A DNA stretch of 64,000 nucleotides from Vicugna vicugna. Taxonomy: Eukaryota. The stretch covers positions 6,424,124 through 6,488,123 of the forward strand of contig MU061579.1 of the NCBI GenBank assembly GCA_013265495.1, in the 5' to 3' direction. A model generated the notes under the pieces. That model was not told the origin of the DNA. It was given only the letters and a program-made list of their open reading frames with translations, and made no database searches. Every line of letters begins with the position of its first letter. Within the stretch, counting starts at the first letter, position 1. A program made the position numbers and the translations under genes. This document shows, piece after piece, positions 39,821-52,010 of the stretch.

Positions 39821-41269
39821 CTTACCAAGTAAAACAAGCAGAAATTATATGAGGAATCATATATCCCAGGACTTTAACCTGGTACTACAAACTATCACAG
39901 CACTTAATTTTACTTCAGAATTATAATGGCTAAGCCAAATGAGCTAGATTTAAGATAACCCAACCCCCAACGTACCTCCTGACCATTTTAACAAGAGGCC
40001 TTGACCAGGGCCTCAACTGTGTTCAGAATGAAGTTTCCTCACATCACTTCACTCCATTCTACAAAACTTGCTGCAGTGGCCTAACCTCAGCTTCTAATGA
40101 GGCTGATGAGATGGCCTCTCTGCTCTTCAACCATGCTACCATGCTGCCTCCACCTGGTGTCTAGGATAGAAAATCAGTATATGGGCATTTTCTCATCTCC
40201 AACTTCCACAGCCCAGTTGAAACTAGAATTGACTTTCATAAGGCTAAACAGGAATAAAAAATGAAAAGAGACTATCATAAGTTCCGGAAAACCTAAAAAC
40301 TACTGCCGAGGCCAGACCTGTCCTGGGGTCTCCTGCTGGACCAGTTCTTTGGTTTATGTCAACTCTGTGTATTTTATGGAAGATCATACCATCCTTTTCT
40401 TGACATCTGGAACCATTTAGAATCTAGAAGATTTCCTCTCTGTTCTCCATTACCTGTTTCTACCCAGATCTAGAGAGCAAATTTCTCCCCACCTGTCAAA
40501 AAAGCCAGTCAACTCAGGATCTTATTTGTCTAGAAGAAGTGACAGTGGAAACATGAAATCTCTTAGGGAAGAAAGTCTATAAAGTTCAGGAGTCTATAAA
40601 GACCTAAAAGCTTAAATATCCTACTTACATAACCATGAGGTTTGGGGAGAAATATTACATAGGCACAGTGAGTAGTAAATAGTAGAGAATTCAATTTGAT
40701 CTTTAGGAACTGTCATCTGTATGACAAAAATCACAGATGAGTTTTCTATGCTTTAAATTCAATTATCTTGGAGGGATTCATTTTTTCCCTCTGTAATGAC
40801 AAATCATGAAGCTCCTGCCAAGTTAAATTCCAAAATGACATCTTCAACATTTAGCATGGTACTTGGCATTCATTTATTAAATGAATGCATGTGAAGTAAT
40901 TCTTTAAAAATTATGAATGTTAATGACTAGACCATTGCTCTCTATCTAACTGAAGGATCATAATATGGGGCATGGGAAGTATGTTGAATTTCTCTCATGA
41001 TGATAATCTCAAATATGACCTTCTTCAAAGACTTCAGGAAACATTTCTTAAGACTTTTTAGTTTGTTCTAAACTCTGACAACTCCCTTATACCTACTCTG
41101 AGTGTCTATACTACTATACACTTAAGTACCTTTGGATGAAGATGATAGTTGGATATAAGCAAAGAGAAACTTTTATGGCTCCTTTGTTACTATATAGTAA
41201 AATCTGCGTCCACTTCCAAGGCGTACTTTATGGTTCTTCTGAGTTGGGTTAGTACTTTTTCCATCAGTC

Positions 41270-41462
41270 CTAAAAATAATCACATTACTCATTTATTATT
41301 TATGCCTATCTGTCTACCACCCTAAATTCTGAGCTCCTTATGGTTAAATGCTTGTCTTCTTTGCTTTTGTAGCATCTGGCATAGAGTTAGCATGTAGAAG
41401 ACATTTAATTGATATTTGCAGAAAGTAAGAATAAATGGAAGAATGAATGAATCAATGAATAA
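41270..41462 (+). mobile_element. L2 3' end
   Basis: TGTCTACCACCCTAAATTCTGAGCTCCTT..GCATCTGGCATAGAGTTAGCATGTAG..GAATGAATGAAT tail. Confidence 0.7.
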
Positions 41463-43369
41463 AATCTTAATGAGACCAAAAAAAACAATAAATAAAAAAT
41501 GAGATATGTACTCAAGTTTTTAGCAAGAGTTTAAGGAACAAAATTCTTTAGCATTTGAACTTTTCTAAACTTTGGCTCTTTCACTCCTCAGCACCACCAA
41601 CCTATTTACAGTGATTTTAAATTATGATCTGACATTAGTTTCACCTTTCATCCCATGAGGAAACTTTCCGTGTAGTAATAATGGTCTTCAAGTAGATGGA
41701 CTGAATTGATAGCCTTTACAAGAAAAAGCACATAGTTTTTTTTTCCCTTCTATAGCAAGCTTCAAGGACTTGGCAGAACTAATACAAAAAGGAAAAAAAT
41801 TAATGAGTTTCAGCTTCTGCTTTTGTTTGTGAAATCCATATTTTATATTACAGTGGTTGCCAGGAGAGCTCTGAAGGGCTGAGAAGCATTAAAAAATAAT
41901 ACATATAACCTTCACAAGAACCCTTCTGCAATAATCCTTTCTTCCACACAAAGATATTATTAACTGTATCATTAATCTGAAACTGCAAAGATTGTAATAA
42001 GAAAGATAACTGTCAACATTTCAATTTCAGAACTAATGTTTCATTTTCCTAGATTTAATCACATAGTTTTAGGACCACACAGTGCATGATAAGTAAGAAT
42101 GGGGTTGGCTGGATAATTGTTCCCTAGAATATAACTTAGAGACCATATTTTGACATAAATGTCCCCAAGAGTTATGCAACATACCAGGCCCTTAAAGCTA
42201 TAAAATTCCTGAATGTTAATCTTTATCAGTTAGGTAACATGACTTTTTTTATGAATGAGTGAGATAAATTACTCAACACTGAGTATAAAAATTCTGGAGT
42301 GGTTTAAGAGAATACATGAGGAAATCTGTAAAGCACAAATAACTTTATATATAATTGATGTGGAAGAGGCTGGTGATCTCATCTGTCAAGCCGGGATTTC
42401 AGACGCACAGTCATACTGGGAATGCCCACACGACAGGTTTAGGTGTCTCATCAATCTTCTCACTGTTTTCTTGGTAACAGTGTCCTGCTACTGCCTTTAC
42501 CACCCGAATGATGGCCCCAACTGCTACTGATACGTAGCATCCATCAAGTGTATATTCTTGAATCCATCAGATGTATGTTCTCTTAGATTCTTCAAAGATA
42601 AGCTGGGTCCAGTATAAATGTGGAGAATATCCTCTCCTCAACCTCTTTTAAATTTACTTTTAGTCACACAGACATAAAAGTAGTTCTATTTGTGACCCAC
42701 AGCTGGATGTTATTTAGTGGAAGGGGTTCCTGCATGTTCTCCCTAAAGACTATTCTCCCTTGCGGCTCAATTAGAAGATGGTAACACATCAGGGTTCTAA
42801 GCTCTGAAACAAACACTGTGTACTACTAAGCATTTCTTCTTTTTTCCAACACTTTCTTCTTTCTTTCAACCTGTAATTTCACCCTTTACTTTCTCCCACA
42901 CTTTATGGTCATTCAGCTGGGGCTACACTTAGGCGATCTTTCCAATGCCCACAGTAAGGTATGAGTTTCACTTTCACTATTTACAGACTGACCTGGTGAA
43001 TATGAGACAGTCTGTCGGACAGGAAACAAATATTTCAGCTTGGGAAAGAGAGTGTAGGACATCTATAGTAGCATTATAATATTCATTTCTTCATAACTTG
43101 GTCTAAAAATAAAATTTTGTGTTTTTCAGACAAAAGCCTTCTGACTGAATGTACATAAATCTATATCAAGCAACCTGAGAAATGAAAATTTTCTTTTTAA
43201 TTAATGTGTCAAGTGCTCATTCTTTCACATATTTAAGATTTTTTCCCTAATTTTATAAACAAACTAGAGAAGCACTTGTCAAAAGAAAAAAATAAATAAA
43301 TCTGTCATTTGGAAAGAAAGCTTAGGTAAAGTGCTTGAGTGGTTCCCAGTAGAGGGATACGTCATGTTA

Positions 43370-43955
43370 ACCTGATAGTGGGATGAACTGGACAGAAGAT
43401 TTTCCTAAAGGGTCCTGAATGTCCTAGTCTAAGTTCTACCCTGCATTAATATTGTGGCCATTTTTGATCAAACAATCATTCTGAGACTCAGTTGCTTCAT
43501 TTGTACAATGAGGATATTAACCCAGCACTATCTGAAATGCACAATTATTGGAAATCGCCAAGGTCATCGTAGATTAACATGAAGTGTTCTGTGAATCTGA
43601 GGTTTTGCTTCTCAGTTTCCTGAGTGATAAAGGACATTTTAATAGATGCTTATGATGGCATATGCTTAACTCACTTCTTATGCCAATTGTGCCCCCCCCA
43701 ATTATATTCAGTAGTATGTAGTAGCTCAGACATGGTCTCTGGAATCAGGTAGTTTTTGTTAAAGTAAAAGCTCTTAAAAACTATGTAACTTTGGGCAATT
43801 TTCTTACTGTATCTGTTTTTCAGTTTCTTTTTATGTAAAATGATGTATTAGTAAAGCAACTCTAGGCTCATTGAGAGGCTTATGCAAGATCATACATATA
43901 AAGTGCCTGGAATAGTGCCCAGGACACACTAAGTGGCTGAGAAATCTTCGCTGTT
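43370..43955 (+). mobile_element. Two adjacent MIR SINEs (~43370-43580 and ~43715-43955)
   Basis: CTGAGACTCAGTTGCTTCATTTGTACAATGAGGATA and TTTGGGCAATTTTCTTACTGTATCTGTTTTTCAGTTTC cores. Confidence 0.7.
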
Positions 43956-46794
43956 AATACCAGGCCACTGTGTTTTCATTCTGTGATCTGGCCCAGGACA
44001 AGAGTTTACCAGCAGAGATACGAACAGAGGAGTAATTCGAACCATTCAAATCTCCGTTTTTCTCTCTCTCACTCCTCCCTCCATTGCACATGCATGTCTG
44101 TGTGTCTGTGCTCAAGAATTTAATCTGAGAGGTAGGACAGGTGAAGAGTTGGGAGCTGACACATGTCAACACAGTTCTTGTTGGAAGTTCCAAAAGTTCT
44201 GCTATTGAGGTCTCTGAAACACCTCTCACAAATAAGAGTAAAATGGCTTAGATTTTTCTTTGGCTTCAGAGGGATTCTCCCAGTATGATTAGAATAGTTT
44301 CTGTTTGGGGGATTGTTTCTAAGCTAGCTCAGTGAAATTGCTCTCATTTGGAACTAAAAGGAACAATTCATATACACTACATGTGCTATTTAACTGTTTC
44401 AATAATTACTGTGTACAGTTGTGTACAGTTCAGGGTACAACATACAGTTACATGGCAGTACTTTTTCCTAAGCTGTTAATTTGTTCAATTTGGAATAGAT
44501 ACTTCTAAATAGTCTAAATTAGAATTATAGTCTGCTAAACAAACAATGAAAACCTTCCAGAAAACCAAGCAGAATAATGTTGGTGAAATATAAGAAAGAA
44601 AAAATTAAAAAACAAGATCATAGCTTTTAAAATTCATTATGAAGGCAATTAAATTAAAAAATAGCAAATCTCTTAAAATGAAAGACTCAAAACACTAAAA
44701 TGGATTTAAAATCTGTTAAAAATTTGCACTTGACATTGTACGTTTTGCATGGAAATTTAGTTTTTAAAATTTTTTTCGGAAAAAAGGTCTACTTTGATTC
44801 AGATAATTTTGTTATAATTTATTGATAATTTATTTTTTATTGAGGCATAATTGTTTTAGTGTTATCCTGATCCTTGTCTATGTATGTGATCTTTTAACTA
44901 TACATTTTCTGGAATACACCCATGAGAAGGGAGATACTGCACTGTGACTGATTTAAGTAGCCATTAGCCAATATTTAAAATATGTTACAATGGGTTGATA
45001 CTTTAAAATTACCTAATTCATCACTATAATTTCATACACAGATTTTCATTTTCACAAAACAGAATTGTATCAAATTAAAATGCCTATCAATAAAGAAATA
45101 TGCCTTTTCTGGGCTGAGAAGGCAACTTTTTCTCAGTGGCTGTATGTATAGTTATTACTCTTTCATGAAATGCATTTGATCAAAACAAGGATTATGTGTG
45201 ATTTTCTCTGGGCCCATTCTAAAGAGAAGAATCATTGTAAATGTAACTTCATTTTATGCAGGAATGTTTTAAAATAGCTTCATTTGTTGATAGAAAAAAG
45301 AGGTTTTCCTCCCTCATTCTTTAAGATGCATAAAATCTACAAATTTATAAGGAAAAATAATACCTTTTAGAAAATGATACAAAACAAATAGAAAATATCA
45401 AGTGATTTCCTTAAATGAAAGCAAGAAACACTGAATCTGGTAGTCTTTGTTCTCCAAAGATACACTTGTTAATTAACTCAAATATGCTTAAGAATTGTCT
45501 GCTATAAACCAGCGATTGGGCTTCTCCCCAGGCACAGAGGAGGGAAAAGGCACAGTTCCTGCTGTTAAGGCTTCTGAAAGAAGTGATTTTATAAGACAGC
45601 AAAGATCATTATTGACATTTCCAGGAAGGTACCCTACCTAAGAACATCAAGAACTGATATCTAATGGAAGAGAAAGGGATAAAACAAAACAAACAGGCGG
45701 ACAAAATTCCAGTTACTAAAGATAAAAATTTGCAATCTGGTGCCACTTAATATAGGGAGAAACTTTCCTATATCCCAGTACTAAGACAGCATTGCTTTCT
45801 GGCTAAATTAATGATTACATTAATACTAATTCCAAGTTACTACCAAAAAAACAAAATTCTAAGTCATTGCCCAGTAGCTCCATTTTCTTTGAAAATATTT
45901 ATTAAACTAATATTTATCGAATGACTACTGGATGCCAGGAACTGTTCTAGCAATGAAAATTAGCTGTAAACTGAAGAGTAAAACCTCAGCCTTTATGGAA
46001 TAAATGTCCTAGTGGATTTAAGAAATATGTAGCTGATTTTAAAAGACAAAGAGTTTAATACATTTTAACTGTTATCACAAATACTTTGAATATTGCTTTG
46101 GTTACTACAAATTTTAAATTGCTTATTTTCTACCCCTAATATTGAGGATGTGCATGATCTCTTCTAGGAACTTCTCAGCAGAGCTTAAGTGACTTAAATA
46201 AAATGACTTAAATAGAAATGAATTTTAGAACCAATTTACACAATGTTTGAAGAGATTTATGATACCAAAGAAACATTTCACTTGAAACATTTCATGGAAA
46301 TATAAGCAGGAAAAAGCAAATATTTTGAAATTCTATTTCTTTGACTGATTCAATCTTTTTCTAAAATACTGTCCTCCACAATTGTGTGCATCTATTTATT
46401 CTTTGACAAAACTATGTATTACCAATCAGTCCTTAAAAATTCTCTGCCTTCTAGTTATATTTTCTAGTCTCTAGAAATTCATAAAAGACCAAGTATATAT
46501 GTTTTTCTTTGCAACTTTTTTTTTTAAATTTAAGATGATATAAGAGGAAGAGAGTTCCTCAGATACAGCAGAATATTCCAGCATTTGCACCTTACAACTT
46601 AAAAACAATTTGTCAATAACTCAACACCATGCTCTCTAAAGCATTACTTCCAATGACAATCATTCTCTGTGGCCAGAAAGTGGATTTGAAAATATGATTG
46701 AAAATAGAAATACAGAGATTTCAGCAAGGTCTAATCTCCTGTGCCCTATAAATGCTGACACTCTATTTTGAATATTCCTTTGTCACAGGATCTA

Positions 46795-47160
46795 TACTCT
46801 GGACTGAATGCTTGTGTCCCCATAACACCCAAATTCATACCCTGAAATCTTAACTTCCAAGGTGATGATGTTTGGAGCTGGGGCCTTTGAAACGGAATTA
46901 GTTTAAGAGGATGAAGCTTTCATGAATGGGATTAGTGACTTTAATCAAAGAGAGAAGTGATCTTTCTCTCCGCCATGTGAAAATACACCAAGAAGACAGA
47001 TGTCTGTAAATCAGGAGAAGAGGTCTCACCAGAACCCACCCTGACCAGGCTGGCATCCTGATCTTGGACTTCCAGCTTCTTAAACTGTTACAAATAAATT
47101 TTTGTTTTAAGACATCCAGTCTATGGTACTTTGTTAAAGCAGCCCAAACTGAGTATGACA
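46795..47160 (+). mobile_element. MLT1A-type solo LTR
   Basis: TGGACTGAATGCTTGTGTCCCC..ATGAATGGGATTAGTG..TGATCTTGGACTTCCAGC..TATGGTACTTTGTTAAAGCAGCCCAAACTGAGTATGACA. Confidence 0.9.
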
Positions 47161-47294
47161 AGCCCCTTTCCGCTCTTCTGCTCATATAATTCTTATTATC
47201 AAAACTGCACTTCAGAAGTATACTTAATAATGTATGTTAAAAGCTTGGTTAGACATTCAATTTCACCTTTAATTATTAAATGCATGCACCCATC

Positions 47295-47653
47295 TCTTAT
47301 GGACTGAATTTTGTCCCCCTTCCTTCAAATTCACATGTTGAATTCCTAACACCTAGTACCACAGAATGTGACCGTATTTGGAGATAAGGTCTTTAAAGAG
47401 GTAGTTAATTTAAAGTGAGGTCATTACTGTTATTCTTATAAGGAGAGAAAATACGGACACAGAGGGGACCATGTGAGGACATAGGGAGAAGATGGTTGTC
47501 TGTAAGCCAAGGAGAGAGGCCTCAGAAGAGACCAACCCTCTTACACCTTGATCTCAGACTTTGAGTTTCCAGAACAGTGAGAAAATAAATTTCTACTGTT
47601 TAAGCCTCCCAGTAGGTGGTACTTTGTTATGGCAGTGCTAGCAACCTAATACA
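47295..47653 (+). mobile_element. MLT1B-type solo LTR
   Basis: TATGGACTGAATTTTGTCCCCC..CAGAATGTGACCGTATTTGGAGATAAGGTCTTTAAAGAGG..GCAACCTAATACA. Confidence 0.9.
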
Positions 47654-49542
47654 CTCTCCTTAGGCTGTTTTGTCCAGTCTGACTGATAGGTTAATCCCTC
47701 CTCCTCCGTAGCACTTTCCCTACAAGCATGACAGGGATCTCATTTTCTCTCATCTCCACCTAGAACATTGCTAATCAGTGACTTTTTTTTCTTCTTTCTT
47801 TACTGTCTTTCTACTTACACTTTCCTTTCAATTTGCTTAATTTTTCTAATACCATATTTTGATTTTTTCATTTATTTCTTTATTATCTTCACATTTCAAA
47901 TGAGTAATCTATACTTAATAACTTTCTTATCTCCCATTTACCTGTCAACCCAGTGCAGTCAGTATTATATAACAGCACTTTGATTTAGTCTTGTTAAGTT
48001 CTCCAATGATCTAATGGCCAAATCTAGTGGGTATTGTTTAGTTATTTTATTTTATTTTGCAATTTTGCATTCCCTCCTTAAAATCCTCCACTGGGTACCA
48101 TATTTTCCTTTCATTCTTTGACCAAGTAATCTATTCCCCTCCATAGGCTCTTTATCTTTTAAGTGTTGGTATTACTCACGTTTATTTCTTTGGCTACTTT
48201 CCTTACACTCTTGATATTGCATTCTAAGGTAATCTCAGCCATTATGATGATTTCCCTGATAACCAGGATCACTAATATGTTACTGATCCTTCAGTTTCTA
48301 TCACCTGCTTTCATCTCTCCACTAACCTACCCATTTGTCTGTTATGTACCTTGTCTACTAGATAGGGATTCATCATTTTTTTCCCTCTTAAACTTGTGCC
48401 TGCTCCAGTATTCTCTCTATTGATCAGCAATTCTACAATCATATTAATTTCCCGAATTAGAATACTGGAAGTCAGTTTCAGTCAACACAAGAAATCAGTG
48501 CTTGCTTTTTGTTGAATGCATTATCAACAGTATGTACTTTAACTAAAACTTGTATTGTCTCAGTAGCATCCAATGCAAAGCATTAAATGCAGAAGTATCT
48601 CAATAAACTCTCATTGGGTAGATTCTTCCTTCCTAAGTTTTCAGGAACATTACTATAAAATGTTGTGAGCATAACAAGAAAAGTTAAATTGGGAAGATGA
48701 TGGAATATTTGACACAACAATTTTAAGCACTCAGAATAACTGAATGATATACATAAAGGCAAGATTATTTGATTTTTCTCATTTGAAATTTCAAGAGATC
48801 TGAATTTTTTTCTGTTACTTTGGGAAGCAGACATCATATTATGAATCACAAATGCTTATCCTTTCAGTTTCAGAATATATTATAAAAAGTAGAGAATTTT
48901 TTAAATATTTCAAATAACTGCACTGGGCAAATGTAGTTAAGTTCTCTACTTTCACTTTATTTATAGTGGTATCACCATAAGAAAGGGTGAGATAGCTACA
49001 CAACACAATTCTACAATGCTTTTACTTTTACAGTTCATGATACACATATTAATATACGTACTAAAATCCTAGCAAACTTATAAACTTTCAAGTATTTGCT
49101 TTTTTAAAATAAATGCACTTAGTAACTGTTTAATATCAACTAAATATTTTTCAGTTTAATCCTTTTTGTAGCATATCCAATATATTTCTATAGCACCTAT
49201 AGGACCCACTCCTCTTGCTGAGGAAATTCTACAGGCAATAAACCATGGAACTCGGCGTGGTGGTTGAGCACTAAGAAGTCCATTAAACTTACTGTTTTAT
49301 AGGCAGTAATAATCCAGATTATGTCAGATGATACCAAGTAACTTTCTGAGGAATACATTTTCATATACTGAAACTTAATATGTTAATCACATTCAGAATT
49401 TATCATGTATTAATTTATATCCTGGACCCTGTTCTCTATCCCACCTCGTTAGCCCCCTCCCAGTGGTTCTAGAGAGGGCTGTATATACAGTTATCCAGGC
49501 TGCGTAAAGAAAAACCTTTACACAGGAGGAAATATTTAAAAA

Positions 49543-50027
49543 TAAGGGAAGCCAGAATATGTCACCCCAAAGTATGCCTCTTTAACATAATTATTTTGAG
49601 TTGAAGACAATTAAGAAGCAGTAAACAGAGAAAAACCTTCTCCTTTCCTGCCTAAAGGCAGTAAATACTTCTTCCTTTTACTGGAGACACTTATCAGCCC
49701 AGAGATGACACGGAGGAATCTGCAAACAAACTTTTAGCATCTTAACTAGAAAGATAAGGAAGATAAAAACTACCTGGCCCCAGCTGGACTACCCCTAGTT
49801 CAAACCTCTCTGTCTCATCAATTCTTGAAAAATTTATTCTTTATCTAAAAAATATAAGCTTCCTGCTCTGGTCACATCTTATGTCTTCATTCTTTTGTGA
49901 AGGCTCCCATTTAAAAATTCAATAAAAATTGTATGCTTTTCTCCTGTTAATCTGTCTTTGTCAGTTTAATTTTCAGATTCAGCCAGGGGCCCAAGAAGTA
50001 TGGAAAAAAATGTTTTCCTCCCCTACA
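49543..50027 (+). mobile_element. MER34-like ERV1 solo LTR
   Basis: CAGAATATGTCACCCCAAAGTATGCCTCTTT..TTATTTTGAGTTGAAG; AATAAA at 49921; ends TTTTCCTCCCCTACA. Confidence 0.85.
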
Positions 50028-50637
50028 AAGACTTTTAAAAAAATTTATACAGAAAAAAGCGAGTGCTTTAAGGCATGGGCATTGGAGCCACGTGGAACAA
50101 AGTCCCTGAGCTGGCTCTAGAATGTACTCACTGTATTGACTGATGCAGGCTATTAAAGTTCTTTAAGGCTATTTCATGACCTGATATATGGATATATTCG
50201 TAGTACATACTTCACAGATGTGTTTAGAAAATAAACTTAGTAATACCTGTATTTTTGTACAAGGGAAGGTATAGTTCCATGACAAAACATGGGTAATGTG
50301 GAGAAAACAATCCCCAGCAAGAGTAGTTTTGGTTTCTGAGGAGTCTAATGAATATAGCACAGCTTGCTTTCTCCCTTATGAGTTTGGAAGTACTGAGATA
50401 TAGATGAAGAAGGTCAACAAGTGGCAAGTGGTCATCAGATTTATTACTAAGAGATTTTGAATTGCATGCCAGGGCAAGGTAGGATTTCCACTCCTGAGCT
50501 CTAGAATCAGTGGGACAGCTGCATGCTTCCCGTGACAGAGAGGAGTAGAGTGTATCTGGGGTTCCTAGGCAGGCTCCTTCAAAAGAGGAGCTGGGCTTTC
50601 TTGGCACAGTTTCTTTTCTTCCAGCTTCCCGTACAGA

Positions 50638-51078
50638 TGTTAGAGGAAAAATTTTTCCTCTACCCTTCTGGGTTCTCCTGGATGGTCTAAGAATTAAATT
50701 AACATGAGACAAACTGACCAGAGGAAATCACACAAGTTTAGAAACATGTATACATGGGAGAGACACAGAAAAACTGAGTAACTCATCAAAATGGCCCAAA
50801 ACCCTCACCTTAAATACCATCTCCAGATAAAGACACAAGAAGATATTAGGGGCAGTGGTTCAGAACTTCACAAGGGATGAAGGCAACTGACATGGAGATG
50901 GAAAAGCAAATGTTTGGTAAACAAATGTTTACCAGGCCACACAGAAAAATGAGACACAGAGTGGATTCTGATCTTTAGGCCCTGCCTGAAGTTTCCCCCA
51001 CCAGATCTAGTCCATATTCTTTGCCAATATCTCTGGTGATAGCTCTATTCCAGGAACAGGCCCTCTGTCCTCCTTCAG
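50638..51078 (-). mobile_element. Partial MER34/MER39-like ERV1 LTR
   Basis: TGTTAGAGGAAAAATTTTTCCTCTACCC..GAGTAACTC..CTTAAATACCATCT shared with 13764-14316; 5' end missing. Confidence 0.75.
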
Positions 51079-51082
51079 ATCT

Positions 51083-51321
51083 CATCATTCCACCCTCTGC
51101 TTCTATTGTCACTTTTTTTTTTAACTTTGACCTTCTTTCTTATAAGGACCCTTATGACTGCATTTGGGCCAATCTGGATAATTCAGGATAATCTTCCCAT
51201 TTTAAGATCCTTAGTCTAATCACATCAACAATGTTCCTTTTTGACATGTGAGTTAACATATTCACAGGTTTTGGTAACTAAAATGTGGACACCTTTGGGA
51301 AGCTATTATTTAGCTTACCAC
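51083..51321 (-). mobile_element. Partial MLT1C/D LTR
   Basis: CTTATAAGGACCCTTATGACTGCATTTGGGCCAATCTGGATAATTCAGGATAATCTTCCC..CTTACCACA. Confidence 0.8.
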
Positions 51322-51559
51322 AAGGGCTATCATCTCTTAGGCTTATAAAGATTAAATGAGATAATACACGCACACACACACAAATTGTACCATAGTAAGT
51401 CCTCAACTAACACTATTATTTTTAAGAGTCTTGCTGCTCCAGCTGATGGAAACCCTGGAGAACATAATCTAAACCATATAATTTAACATTTCATTTTCTA
51501 CTATAATGTAATAGGTGATTGTATTCAATTTGTTTTAGTGTTATCTAGTGAGTATCAGT

Positions 51560-52010
51560 TACTCCTCTTGGTCACTCAAGATTTTTGAACACTCTTTCAT
51601 CATTTAGGGAAATTCCTCTCTTTGTGAATTCCCACTGCAGAAATCAGATACTGGTATTTCTGGGCCCTATTTCAGCTAAGGTGTAGACATGTGGTCTACG
51701 CTTTGCCAATCAGATGGATCCATGGTGAATTTTGAGTCAGAAAACAATAAAATAAAAATGGAGCCTCTGTGGGAACCATTTCAATGTGGGTGGTGGCAGC
51801 CCCATCTAGAGGAGCAGTTGAAGACCTTTAAGACCATCCAGAGCCACAATTCACAGGGCTCTTGTCCGAAGTCAGTGTTTGGTCCCAGTGGTGGCAGTAG
51901 TATCTCCCCTTGAGCAGTACCAGTGTGATTTGGGGCACTGTTCTCAGTTCCACAGCCCCCAACCTTGGCTTCCCAGGAAATTATGTAGGCTATCTGATAT
52001 CTGGCTTAAA
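51560..52010 (+). mobile_element. LTR33-like ERVL LTR
   Basis: CAGCTAAGGTGTAGACATGTGGTCTACGCTTTGCCAATCAGATG..CAGTGGTGGCAGTAG. Confidence 0.55.

Noticed and set aside
50224..50712. 162-aa minus-strand ORF
   Set aside because: Starts in a MER34-like LTR and runs through old repeat sequence; no homology recognised.
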